Shown: positions 39,703 to 51,385 of the stretch, in pieces
Position numbering within the stretch: the stretch's first letter is position 1
How the letters are laid out: the number at the start of each line of letters is the position of its first letter
Virus record (IMG/VR): IMGVR_UViG_3300024999_000029
Coordinates: 248,001 to 312,000 of that record
Strand: one strand, 5' to 3'
DNA length: 64,000 bases
Translations under genes and position numbers: made by a program
The notes under the pieces: model-generated
What the model saw: the letters and a program-made list of their open reading frames with translations, nothing else
What the model was told of the DNA's origin: nothing
Databases searched by the model: none

Positions 39703-42438
39703 ATGCCTTATATTGGTACAAAATATGGAAGTGGAAGTAGTGGTAGTTCTTCTTCAAATACTTCAACAACTTATATATCTTCAGGTACAAAAATAGCTCC
39801 AACAATTACATATAACAATGGTTTAGGAACAGTTACTATAGGTGATGGAACATATAGACTTTTTCATACTACAAATTATACAGGAGTTATATCTGAACAT
39901 GTTATATCTGGTGCAACTTTCCCTATAACAGAACATATCACAACTTATATTTGTTCTGATTATAATAGTGGAACTCCTATAATTCGTACGATTACAGATT
40001 CATCTCAATTTAATTGGTCTAATATATGTCCTATTTATACAGTAACCAGAGATGGAGATAACTTATCTTGGGTCGATTGGGACTCGCCCAGCAATGGTTT
40101 ACCTAACAAGATTCATGATCGTTTAATACGTACTGATAGATTTTCAAGAGAATCTGGATTAAGCATTGGAGAATCTAGTGTTCCAATAGCACATACTATA
40201 ATTGTATCGGCAGGTACAATTTGGCAAGGTGTTTATAAAAACTCAATGGATTCAGTTGATTCATCTATTGATATAGTTAAAATGCTATATACTGATGGTA
40301 CTGGAAATTGGATTGATAGTTTTATAACTCAATATAATAACACACAATATGATACAGGATTGGGATTAGCTACTCTTACAGATGGTAATTATGCAGTAAA
40401 TTGGATATTTAGAATGATAGGTAATACTAAAGAAATTACTGTATTTTTGGGTGATGGGGATTTTGATTTAAATACAGCAAAAGCGTCTCAATTGCCTAAT
40501 AATATTCCTGCATCAATGTCTACTAATGGTATGCTTATAGGTCGTATTATTGTTCTAAAAGGTGCGGATACAGCAACTCAAATAGATAGTGCATTTGTAA
40601 CAAAGTTCGCTGCTAGTACTGTAACAAGTCATAGTGGATTGACAGAAATTGAAGGTGGAGATGCACTTGTAGGACACTATTATCATTCAGATCAAGAAAT
40701 TAATACTGATGATGATGTTGAATTTGCTTCAGTAACAACAAATGATTATAGAAGTTTGGCTGATGATTTACATTTAAACGCAGATGTTGGCTATGATATT
40801 ATGGTTCATGACAATATTATTCCTTCTTTAAACAATTCTAAAACATTGGGTGAATCAGGCTTAGTGTATGCTGAAACATTTACACGAAAAGTAACTTCTG
40901 ATGATGATTTATCATTAGATGCTTTAACTGGTAAAAATATTGTAATTAAGAAAAGTGTTTTACCAGATTTGACAAATACTCACAGTATAGGTTCTTCCAC
41001 AAAAGTTATTAAAGAAGTTTTTACAGAGAAGGTTACTTCTGATGTTGATTTAATATTAGGTTCAGCTATTGGTTCTGATATTATTTTAAGAAATGGCAAT
41101 GTGGATGCTGGAATAATTACAGAAACAGGCAATTGGGGAATTGGCAATATTAATCCTACTAAAAAACTTGAAATAACTGGTGATGTATTAATTGATGGTG
41201 ACTTGAGTGTTGATGGAACGGTTACACAGGTAGACGTTGTTAATCTTGACGTTACAAATAAAAATATAAACTTAGCTGTAACAGATACTCCTACAGATGC
41301 ACTAGCAAATGGTGGAGGTATTGTTTTAAAAGGAACAACCGATAAAACTATATTATGGGATAATTCTAATGTTGAATGGGATATTTCTGATGGATTAGAT
41401 GTTGATGGCATAGTTAAAGCAAATGGAACTACTAGTGATGGTAGTACTAATATATTTATTGGTAAAGATTCTCTTGGCGCTGATGTATTTAAAGTAGATA
41501 CTGATGGTAAAGTTACTGCTTCGGTCATTTCACCATCAATAGATAGTACAACAGGTGTACAAATAACCAAAGCTGATAAAATAACGCCAATCATTAATGT
41601 TGATACTACTAATGAAAGAGTAGAGATCAAAGGTGCTTCTGCTTATGGTATAACACAGTTTATTGGGAATGGATTAGACGCAGAATCTTCAATTGGCTTT
41701 AAGGATTCTACTGATATAAATGATGAAGCTTGGGTTATTGGTAAGAATGTAGGTTTGAGTAATACAACAGGCAGATTTGGTATATTTTATTTAAATGGTG
41801 AAAAATTAGTTATTACAACTGATGGGAATATTGGAGTGGGAATTGGAGAGCCTGATGACAGTGCAATTTTAGATTTAACGAGTACAAGTAAAGGATTTCT
41901 TTGTCCTAGAGTAACCAAAGCTCAACGACTGTTAATAACTCCGGTTGAAGGATTAGAAGTATTTGATACTACCGATAGTGGAAAATATTGTTATTCCTCA
42001 GGCAGATGGATACAAATAAGTGGTTTAGCTCAACTTACGGTTTATAAAACTGTAGATGCTTTCATTCCAGATAATACCGATATCCCATTCGTAACTGAAA
42101 TTAACTACAATATGGGAACAGTTACGTCCCCTTCAATTCCACTTAAAGCAAATAAGACCTACCGTGTCCATGCATACGTGCAAATAGATGGGGATGGTGC
42201 CGCCGCTGGTGCAAGGTTTGCATTTGTAAACTCTTCCGATAACAGTGCTATCAGTGGTTTAAAACAAGGGTTAGTTTACACAACTACAACTACTGGACAT
42301 GCTAGTTCACAACCAGTAGTAGGAGGATTGTATAGACCTACGAGTGATATATCAATAAAGCTAAGAGTTATATCAAGTTCTGGTACACCTAAGTTAAAGT
42401 ACGATACATTCCGAATTGAGATCCAGCAAATAGACTAA
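39703..42438 (+). CDS. Long tail-fibre-like protein
   Basis: 911 aa; fibre-shaft motifs GNWGIG..NP..KLEI.G and SAILDL.STSKGFL.PR.T..QR; C1q-like C-terminus. Confidence 0.65.
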   Translation: MPYIGTKYGSGSSGSSSSNTSTTYISSGTKIAPTITYNNGLGTVTIGDGTYRLFHTTNYTGVISEHVISGATFPITEHITTYICSDYNSGTPIIRTITDSSQFNWSNICPIYTVTRDGDNLSWVDWDSPSNGLPNKIHDRLIRTDRFSRESGLSIGESSVPIAHTIIVSAGTIWQGVYKNSMDSVDSSIDIVKMLYTDGTGNWIDSFITQYNNTQYDTGLGLATLTDGNYAVNWIFRMIGNTKEITVFLGDGDFDLNTAKASQLPNNIPASMSTNGMLIGRIIVLKGADTATQIDSAFVTKFAASTVTSHSGLTEIEGGDALVGHYYHSDQEINTDDDVEFASVTTNDYRSLADDLHLNADVGYDIMVHDNIIPSLNNSKTLGESGLVYAETFTRKVTSDDDLSLDALTGKNIVIKKSVLPDLTNTHSIGSSTKVIKEVFTEKVTSDVDLILGSAIGSDIILRNGNVDAGIITETGNWGIGNINPTKKLEITGDVLIDGDLSVDGTVTQVDVVNLDVTNKNINLAVTDTPTDALANGGGIVLKGTTDKTILWDNSNVEWDISDGLDVDGIVKANGTTSDGSTNIFIGKDSLGADVFKVDTDGKVTASVISPSIDSTTGVQITKADKITPIINVDTTNERVEIKGASAYGITQFIGNGLDAESSIGFKDSTDINDEAWVIGKNVGLSNTTGRFGIFYLNGEKLVITTDGNIGVGIGEPDDSAILDLTSTSKGFLCPRVTKAQRLLITPVEGLEVFDTTDSGKYCYSSGRWIQISGLAQLTVYKTVDAFIPDNTDIPFVTEINYNMGTVTSPSIPLKANKTYRVHAYVQIDGDGAAAGARFAFVNSSDNSAISGLKQGLVYTTTTTGHASSQPVVGGLYRPTSDISIKLRVISSSGTPKLKYDTFRIEIQQID

Positions 42439-42699
42439 GTAAATAACGCAATATCATAAAACCCGATAAAACATTCGATTTATGTTAATTTTGTACTAGA
42501 AAAACGAAGTATGAGTGAGTATTAATAAGATTGAAAGAGTTACAATATTTTACAAATATAAAGAAGAGTCGGAAATGGCTCTTCTTTTAAATTTACAATA
42601 AATGCATATGCATTTTACATATAGCGAATAGGAAGATGATTATTATTTTGAGTCTTCCTATTCTATTTAATTTAAATTATTGAATGGAGGATTTTTAGA

Positions 42700-43278
42700 A
42701 TGATTAATTTTAAACAAGTAAAACCAATTGAGGTTGAGTTTCAAGGAGAAAAGATAGAAGTAAATCAGTATATAAAATTTAAAGATAAACAGGTTTTTGT
42801 AGATTTATGCGTTAATGATTATTTTATTATGGATGAAAATGGTAAAACAACTGGAACTTCTGATTTTGATAAAGATTTAACATACTTTTATTGTATTATG
42901 CATTATTTCACAAATCTAGAAATTCCAGAAAAAGATTTAATTTCAGATGTTTATGATAATATTGTTGGAAGTGGATTGTTTGATTTGATTTGCAAAACAA
43001 TACCATCAGATATAAAAGCGGATATTGACAATAAGATTTATAATAGTATTTATAATGCTGAAATAAAATTAGAAGAAGAAATGAAAAAAGAAAATAGTAT
43101 TCAAAATATAATTGTTAATACTATTCAAGGGTTAATGGAGCGAATTCCGAACGAAAAGGAAATTGGGAAGCTAATAAAAAAAGCAAAGAAAGAATTTGAA
43201 AATTTTAATCCTGAAAAGCTAAAAGTGGTTAAGGATTTATATGATTTTTCCAATGGCAAAAGTGAAAAATCTGAGTAA
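42700..43278 (+). CDS. Putative tail assembly chaperone-like protein
   Basis: Position upstream of TMP; acidic helical protein. Confidence 0.35.
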   Translation: MINFKQVKPIEVEFQGEKIEVNQYIKFKDKQVFVDLCVNDYFIMDENGKTTGTSDFDKDLTYFYCIMHYFTNLEIPEKDLISDVYDNIVGSGLFDLICKTIPSDIKADIDNKIYNSIYNAEIKLEEEMKKENSIQNIIVNTIQGLMERIPNEKEIGKLIKKAKKEFENFNPEKLKVVKDLYDFSNGKSEKSE

Positions 43279-43354
43279 AATATCGGTTTTGTTGAAATTC
43301 TAGCCTTAGAGTCGCAATGGTTCTGAGGCTTAATATTTAAGGGAGTGATGAATT

Positions 43355-43864
43355 TTGCCTTCTTTTAGGTCGTTGGACGAACTAAATAAACATTTAAGTA
43401 AAACTAATGGTTCTAGAGTGAATTTGTCTAATGGAATGAGTGTAATGAAGTTAATGAAACAAGAAGGAAAAAGACTATATGATATTATACAAAAACATAT
43501 TAATACTTATTATGCTTCATATGATCCCGTTTACTACGAAAGAACCTATCAATTTATGAAATCGCTTAGGATTGAACCAGTTAAATTATCTGGTAATATA
43601 GCAAGTGTTAAAATATATTTTGACGAAGATTTAGCGACTCATCATTCAATAATGGGAGGAAAAGATGGGTATCTTCCTATCTTGCTCAATGAAGGTTGGC
43701 AGTGGAAAAATGGGGATAAATCAAGATATCATATGAGTTTTTATCCTGGTTATCATTTTATAGAAAAAGCAATTAAAGAATATAATTCAAGCAATCCTTA
43801 TGGTTTTAAAATAATTGTCCATAAAGAATGGAATGGCAATATGATTGAACACAAGGAATATTAA
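43355..43864 (+). CDS. HK97 gp10-like tail-associated protein
   Basis: VY..YDP..YERT...M.S and L..G..W...YPG.HF.EKA patterns. Confidence 0.45.
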   Translation: MPSFRSLDELNKHLSKTNGSRVNLSNGMSVMKLMKQEGKRLYDIIQKHINTYYASYDPVYYERTYQFMKSLRIEPVKLSGNIASVKIYFDEDLATHHSIMGGKDGYLPILLNEGWQWKNGDKSRYHMSFYPGYHFIEKAIKEYNSSNPYGFKIIVHKEWNGNMIEHKEY

Positions 43865-43946
43865 TAAATGAGGTTGAAATATGCCTCATTTTTGTTTTGA
43901 AAATTATTATTTTATATAGATATAAAATATAAAAGGCGGTGACTGA

Positions 43947-44951
43947 ATGAGTAAAATAACTAGAGTTAAATACTTTACTGAAGATAGAAAATCTAAAATA
44001 AATCCTGATAATCTAAAATTATATGATAGGTATTTAAAGTCAAGTATTTTGAAAAATAAAGATGTCGAAACTACTACATATAAAGTTTATAAAAATTATA
44101 TGGATATGTTTTTAGTTTATTTGTCTGAGCAATGGGATAATGTTGGTCTATATGATCCAGAATTATTTAAAAACTCCATAGATGTAATCGAAGGATATAT
44201 GGGTTTTTGTCAGGAAGTTTTACATAATAATAAGAAAGTAATTAACACGAAGGTATCAACGATATCTTCTTTTTATTTATGGTCATTAAAACGTAGATTA
44301 ATTGATAGACATCCTTTCGATAAACAAGTAGATAGAATGAAAGGCGCTTCTGATGAGAAAATAATTAATTCTTACTTTCTAAATGATGAAGAAATAGAAA
44401 AAGTTTCTCAAGGAATAACTGAAGAAAATGGCTACGATATTATTGATAAATTGCTTTGGAATATTATGCTTGATTCCGCAAACAGAATAGGAGCAATCGA
44501 CAACTTAAAACTATCTAATTTAGACATAGAAAACTGTATGTTTACTGACATAAGAGAAAAAAGAGGATATAGAGTTGAAGTTGTAGTATCTGAGCCAACC
44601 ATGCAATTAATTGAGGAGTGGTTAGAAAAAAGAAAATCTATGGATAATTTAGAGGTAGATGCTTTATTTATCAGTAATTATGGTGGTGAGTATAGACAAA
44701 TGACAAAATCTACACTCCAAAATCGAATTAAAAACATAGGTAAGATATTAGGTTTGGAAGATTTTCATAGTCACTGTATTAGGAAAACTACTTTGAATAA
44801 TATTTATGACAAGACTGGGGATTTATCTTTAGCTGCCGAAATGGGAAATCATAAATCTACTGAAACTACTAGGAGTAGTTACATAAAGCCTAAATCAAAA
44901 ACAGAGATTAGAGACAAAATTAAAGAATTAATGGATAAAAAGAAAGAATAA
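43947..44951 (+). CDS. Tyrosine recombinase (integrase/XerD family)
   Basis: Catalytic set: R (SANRIG), K (REKRG), HxxR (HCIRK), H (GNHKS), Y (SSYIK). Confidence 0.88.
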   Translation: MSKITRVKYFTEDRKSKINPDNLKLYDRYLKSSILKNKDVETTTYKVYKNYMDMFLVYLSEQWDNVGLYDPELFKNSIDVIEGYMGFCQEVLHNNKKVINTKVSTISSFYLWSLKRRLIDRHPFDKQVDRMKGASDEKIINSYFLNDEEIEKVSQGITEENGYDIIDKLLWNIMLDSANRIGAIDNLKLSNLDIENCMFTDIREKRGYRVEVVVSEPTMQLIEEWLEKRKSMDNLEVDALFISNYGGEYRQMTKSTLQNRIKNIGKILGLEDFHSHCIRKTTLNNIYDKTGDLSLAAEMGNHKSTETTRSSYIKPKSKTEIRDKIKELMDKKKE

Positions 44952-45056
44952 AATAAAACCCTTATTTTAATCATACCGCTTTTTGTTTTAATAAATTAAA
45001 AATATAAACATCTGAGGCAACTAGCCTCTTTTTATTTTCCTGAAAGGAGGATATAT

Positions 45057-46636
45057 ATGGCAAATGACCTTTCTATAATATTAAAGTCAAAATTAGACCA
45101 ATCAGCAAAGGCTGTTGGAGATTTAAACAAGCAAATAAAAGAAATTGAATCTAAATTAAAAGAAATAAAATTAAAAGTTAATTTTGATAGTAAAAATATA
45201 AATTCTAATGTAAAAAGTAAAATGAAAGATGTTGAAACTACTGTTAAAAATACATCAAAAAAAATAAAAATATTTGACGAAAATCAACTCAATAAAGATT
45301 TTATCGGTGTAAAAGATATCGTTAATAGAATCCAAAAAACCTTTAGTAAATTAGGAGATACAAAAATTGCTATAGGTAAAAACGCAAAAGGTGAAATACA
45401 ATCAGTAACAGCAGAAGTTACAAAAGCTAATGGTGTAATTGAAAAATTTAAATATAATTTAGGTGAAATACAAAAGGGTGGAAGGAAATATGCTGGTTTT
45501 GTATCTGGTGGTTCTAAAGTTACTGATAATACTGCTCAAATTGCAGAAAGACAATTACAAGCAGCTCAAAAGACAAATTCAGCAATTGAAAAACAGAATC
45601 AATCAAGAATACGCGCAGAAAATAAAATAAATGAAATACAAGAGAGAAATCTTAGGAATAGAGAAGCAAGAGAGGCACAAGCAACACAGAGAGAGTCACA
45701 AAGAAGACAAAGACTTGAATCTTCAACTAACGAAAGATGGCAGAGAAATTTAATACAAAGAGAAGCAAGAGAAGCACAAGTAGCTAGAAGAACGGCTCAA
45801 GTTGCAACTAATACTTCAAATCAACTAGGACTTTTTCAACAGCAGCAAAATCTTAGAGCAACGTCACTCACTGGTGGTGCGGCTGGGAGATTTGTTGATA
45901 ATACTGCATTAGAGCAATTTAGAAGAAGTGTTGCATCTCTAACACGAGATACGCCTAATCTTAGAAATAGAATGGCAGAATTGAGATTGGAATTTCAAAG
46001 AATTAATTCTTCCGCACAAAACGCTAGTAGAAGTTCTTTAAATCTTGGAGAATCTATTAGACAGGCCGCAATAAAATTCCCCCTCTGGATGGGCATAGCG
46101 ACTGTCTTTATGCAAATAACAAATCAAGTAAGAGATTCTATTAAGTATATATATGATATGGATACCGCTCTTACTGAATTATCTAAGGTTACTGATTTTA
46201 GTGCAGAAAGATTGGATAATATGCGTCAATCTGCATTGGAACTTGGAAAGCAACTTGGTCATAGTTCTGTTGATGTCATGAAATCTATGGCTGAATTTGG
46301 TAGAGTAACTAAAGATCCAGAGGCAATAAAACAACTTGCTAAAACAGCAACAATGGCTTCAAATGTTACTTCTATGACAGCTCAAGAAGCAGCCAAAGCT
46401 TTAAATTCTACAATGATTTCTTTTAAAATGAACGCAACTGATAGTATGAAGATATTAGATCAGTGGAATGAGATCCAAAATAATTTTCGTGTAAGTGCTG
46501 AAGATTTGGCAGATTCAATTGGGAAAGTAGGAGCAGCAGCAGGGCAAGCAGGAGTTAAAATTGAAGAATTAGAAGGATATACGGCAGCAATTGTATCAGC
46601 AACAGGCATTACAGGTTCGGAAAGTGGAACAGCCCT
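45057..46636 (+). CDS. Tape measure protein, exon 1
   Basis: TP901-type TMP core (DTALTELSKV, EFGR, QWNE, GVKIEEL); ends in mid-codon at the intron 5' splice site. Confidence 0.9.
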
Positions 46637-47852
46637 TAAATTTAGGGGCTTGGCAGCATAATACATAAACTGCTAAGAAAAATCTATTCTAATATACGGC
46701 GAAACTCCAGAGATGGACAACGCCTTCCAATTTTTAATGTTATTTATAAAATAAAATAAAATCATCACAAATATAAACTAAAATATAAAAAGGGTGATAT
46801 AATGGCTTTTCATAAAATCAAAAAGCAAGATAGTTTTGCGCAATGGTTTTTAGATAATTTTGGTATTGATAAATTCAATACATTAATAAAACATGAGAAA
46901 AACTTAGAAGTAGGATTAGATATATGGATGATATTTAAAAGAAGCACAGCTAAAATATGGTTCTATTGCGAAAATAAAAATTATCATGAATTTTGTATGT
47001 CAGCATATAATTATTATAAAGGTCAAAGATGTAAATATTGTGCAAGAACAAAATATATTCATCCTAAGGATTCTTTAGGACAGTATATTATTGATAATTT
47101 TGGAGAAGATTTTTTAAATATAATATGGTCAAGTAAAAATATAAAATCTCCTTTTAAATATTCAATAGGAACTGAAAAAAAAGTATGGTTTTCATGTATT
47201 AATGAAATACATGAAGATAAATTAAGACAAGTAAAAAATGCGGTAAGAGGCGATTTTTATTGTCCTTATTGTATGGAAAATAATAATTCTTCAAAATTAC
47301 AAGAAAAGGTAAATCAATATATAAATTCATTAGGATATAAAATAAATACAGAATGTAATTGCACTATTATCCCTAAAAATCCAAAAACAAAATTTAATTT
47401 ACCTTTTGATAATGAAATAGAAGAATTAAAATTAATAATTGAAGTCAATGGACGCCAACACTATGATGAAATTAGCAGTAATAGTAAGTGGCTCAATGGG
47501 AAAACAGCTAAAGAATATTTACATAATAGAAAACTTAAAGACAGATATAAAAAAATCTTTGCGAAATCGCAAGGATATTTTTATTTGGAGATTCCTTATT
47601 GGTGTGATGACTATAAAGAATCTTGGAAAGATTTAATAAACAATAAAATAAATAATATTAAAAAGGGAACAACGACTGAGACGAATAGACTACATTTCTG
47701 ATGTAGATGCAACAGTCTGAACGTCACGCTATAATCTAAAAAATGAAACGTGAGAGAAATGGTCGCTGGTAATCAGACCAGCTAAAGAAGAACCGTTTCC
47801 GCTATCGAACAGATAGTCAGTAACCTTAAATCAAGGTGAAAGTAACAGATTG
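46637..47852 (+). ncRNA. Group I self-splicing intron (1216 nt) in the TMP gene
   Basis: P1 with a U.G pair at U46636/G46645; P3 (46683-88/47684-89); P7 GACTG/CAGTC (47674-78/47713-17); P8 hairpin; terminal G 47852. Splicing restores GTALKSIISR in frame (1673-aa product). Confidence 0.92.
46802..47701 (+). CDS. Intron-encoded zinc-ribbon / EDxHD-like homing endonuclease
   Basis: LPFDNE...IEVNGRQHY nuclease motif; its 3' end runs through the intron P7/P3/P8 core. Confidence 0.85.
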   Translation: MAFHKIKKQDSFAQWFLDNFGIDKFNTLIKHEKNLEVGLDIWMIFKRSTAKIWFYCENKNYHEFCMSAYNYYKGQRCKYCARTKYIHPKDSLGQYIIDNFGEDFLNIIWSSKNIKSPFKYSIGTEKKVWFSCINEIHEDKLRQVKNAVRGDFYCPYCMENNNSSKLQEKVNQYINSLGYKINTECNCTIIPKNPKTKFNLPFDNEIEELKLIIEVNGRQHYDEISSNSKWLNGKTAKEYLHNRKLKDRYKKIFAKSQGYFYLEIPYWCDDYKESWKDLINNKINNIKKGTTTETNRLHF

Positions 47853-50800
47853 TAAATCCATAATTTCCAGAACATTTCGTATAGGCGAAGAAGGTGCTGA
47901 AGATGCAGGTAAAACAGAAGAGTATCTTAATTCTATAGGTATTGCTGTCAGAAAATCAGCTACAGAATTTAGGGATTTTTCTGGCATATTAGATGATATT
48001 AAAGGTAGATGGGGTTCTTTAACATCTACGGAAAAAAGTGCTTTAGCTCAACAAATGGCTGGAACCTGGCATTATTCAAAATTTATTGCATTAATGGAAA
48101 ATTATGGAATAGCACAAGATGCAACCAATAAAGCAATGAATAGTCAAAATTCAGCATTACAAGAAAATGCAAAATATATGAATAGTGTTGCTGGTAAAGT
48201 TGGACTATTTAAAGTTTCGTTAGAAAATTTATATTCCACAATTTTATCATCTGATGCTTTAAAAAATATATTAGATGGTTTAATTAAATTTATAGAAGTC
48301 ACAAATAGAGTTGTGACAGGATTGGGCGGATTTAATACAGCTTTATTATTAATAATTAATACTTTAATAATATTTAAAAGTAAGGCAATTGCTAGTGCTA
48401 TAACAAGTGTATGGGCATACATTGCCGCTTTCGGTTTAGCCGAAACAGCAACACTTGGGTTTAGTGCGGCAGTTAGTGTATTAAATACTGCTTTATTAGC
48501 ATTGCTTAAAAATCCTATAACATGGATACTTGCGGCAGTGGGAACATTGACTATTGGTATTTTTTCATGGATTAATGCTAATCAAAAATTAAAAGAATCA
48601 ATAATTGAAACAAATAAAGCTCAACTAGATTTTAACTTGGCTGTTAAAGATTTTTATCAAGATATGTCACCTGATAAAGTAAATGCAACTGCACAAGCTT
48701 TTGAAAATTTAAAAAAGCAACTTAATTATAAAAATGATAATGATTTACAAGAAGATATTAATAAAATTCAAGAGTTAAGAAAAGAATCTGAATGGGCTAA
48801 AAAAGTTTTATCTGATTCTGGCCGTAGTTCATATGAAAAGAATTTAGCTCAAAAAATATTACAACAACTATCTGATTTAGAAGATAAAACTAAAAAATAC
48901 ACTGAAGCTCAAAAAGAATTAGATACACAAAAGGCAATTACCAACATACTAGATACAGAATCCCAGAATAATATTGCCAAAAAGGTTAAAGGGAAATTAT
49001 CTGAATTAGATGCAGACAAAGAATTGATAAAACAGTATGAAAAAAGCGTTAAAGCTGGAAAAGAAGATAAAGAGATTCGTGACCAAATTTTAGATAAATA
49101 TCCTCAATATCTTAAAATGATTGGTGAGCATTCAGATAAAATTGGCATTAACACAGATACATTAAAAATTAATATAGATATTCAAGAAACTCTTGCAAAA
49201 GCTGAAATAGTAGAAGCACAAGTAGCAATGCGGGCAAGCTTAGATAAGACAACTACAATTGTAGAACAAACTAAGCAAAGAATAACGGCGTTAAAAGAAG
49301 AGCAATCCGCACTAGTAGCTATAAGTAAACCTATTTCTGTAGCTGATGTAGAAATTTCACCAGCTACAGAAATATTTAATGATCGAATAGAAGAAAAGTT
49401 TTCTCAAATAGTTGAGGCTGAAAAGGGTTTGGAACGACTTCAGTCAGCTATTGAAATTCAAAAAGGCTCTTTAGAATTAACTCCAGAACAAATTTTAGCT
49501 GCTGCAAAATCAGGTAAAAAAGGATATTTTTCAGATTCAGATGGAGATAAATCTTCCTTGCCAACTCTTAAAGAAGCAGTTGCTCGTGAAGAGTTAACTA
49601 AAGAACTTGTTAAGGCTTATAATAAAGAAGTTGATATATCAGATGTTAAGATTAAACATCTTGAGAGACAACTTAAAATAAATGACGAACAAAAAAATTA
49701 TAATAGAGAGCTTGAATTAACTAATTCACTTATATCAAACCAAGAGGCTAAAATTGGTCAACTTGGGACAGCTAATAAAAGTATAACAAAAGAGGCAGAT
49801 AAACTACGTGCCGATAATCTTAAATTTGACACAACCAAGTGGTTTGATGTGGGTGGAGAAGCAACAGTAGATTATAGGAAACTTCTTAATTCATTTGCTA
49901 TTGAATCAGAAAAAATACGTGCCAAAGCAGAAAAAACTAATACTAAAACAGCTATTCAAGAATCAAATAAACAGATTCAGGCTTTAGAAAATCAAAAGAA
50001 AAAAATTGAGGAATTATTTAACAATATTTATGCTCTTAAAAAGGCTTATGCTTCTAATACGGACGAAATATTAAAGACTGAAGATGCAGTTGATTCATTA
50101 AAACAAAGTGTTGTTAAATTAAATGAAGAACAAAAGAAACTCCAAGAAGAACTTTACAAAAAGCAAAAAAAATCTCTTGAAGAAATTTTAGATTTAGTCA
50201 CTGAGATGATTAAGCAAGAAGCGGAAGATCAAATTGACGCACTTGAAGAACAAGTTGATAAATATAAAGAAATAATTAGTGCAAAAAAAGAAGCATTGAA
50301 GCTTACTGAAGAACAACACGATTATGAGAAGTCTTTAGCTGAAAAACAAAAAGATATATCTAAGATTCAAAATCGTCTTTTAGAATTAAGTCTTGATGAT
50401 AGTCGTGCAGCACAGGCTGAAAGACTTAAATTAGAAGAAGACTTAGCAGATAAAACATCGGATTTAGATGAGTTGCAACATGATAGAAGTATTGAACTTC
50501 AAGAGCAAGCTTTAGATAAAGAATTAAAACAGTTTGAAGATACTAAAGACAAAGAGATTAAAGAAATTAAAGATTATCTTGATAAATCTGGACGTTTAAC
50601 TGCCGATGCTATGAAATTAATTAATACTCAAGGTGATACGGTTTATAACAATTTAGTAAAATGGAATGAATTGTACGGAGATTCGATTGAAAATAATGTA
50701 AAAAATTCCTGGGAGAGTGCTAAACAAGCCTTAAATAGTTATAAAAACTCTTTGAATCAAATTGATTATAATTTTGCATCACAAACTCTTAGCGATACTT

Positions 50801-51294
50801 TAAATGAGAGCGATATTATTGCTCAAATGCAAGCAAATTCTAAGTCTTGGTCTAATGCTAGTCCTGAATATAAAAAAGAGCTTGCGGCAGAGAATCTTAG
50901 ACTTGGAACAAGTATAGGATTAACCAGAGATGATAAGACTGGCATTTGGTATGATAAAAGTGGAGTTAGAGCTTATGCTGGTGGTGGCACAAGTACTGAA
51001 ACTCAACTTGCATTATTACATGGCACAAAAGCTAATCCAGAATGGATTCTTAATTCAGGTCAAATGAAAAGTTTGATTACTAATTTGACTTTACCTCAAT
51101 TCAAGATGCCTGAAGTTAAGGGATTATCTAATGGCAGTGGGGTTCAAATTGGTAGTTTGATTACAGTAAATGGAAATGTAGATAAAGCAGCTATGCCAAA
51201 ACTTGAAACTGTTGTAAATCAAGCAGTTGATAAGTTGGTTAATACGATGGGACTTAGGGGCAATACTAGGTCGACAAAATCATATAGCATTTAG
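47853..51294 (+). CDS. Tape measure protein, exon 2
   Basis: In frame after splicing; hydrophobic segment, long coiled coils, typical TMP C-terminus. Confidence 0.9.
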
Positions 51295-51385
51295 TTTTAT
51301 AGGGTATTGCAGAAATGTAATGCCCTTTGTTTTGAGAATAATTAAAAATTTAAATAGATATTAAAAAATTAAGGTGGTGAAATAA

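Noticed and set aside
40980-41630. 216-aa minus-strand ORF, and the other short antisense or alternate-frame ORFs in the track
   Set aside because: They are shadows of long + strand genes, with no SD or recognisable motifs.
42700-43864. Programmed frameshift of a tail chaperone pair
   Set aside because: No convincing slippery site near the first stop, and the second ORF has its own SD and TTG start.
47836-51294. Independent gene starting at GTG 47836, or a TMP pseudogene
   Set aside because: The GTG lies inside the intron 3' end; splicing joins the two parts in frame with a conserved TMP motif.
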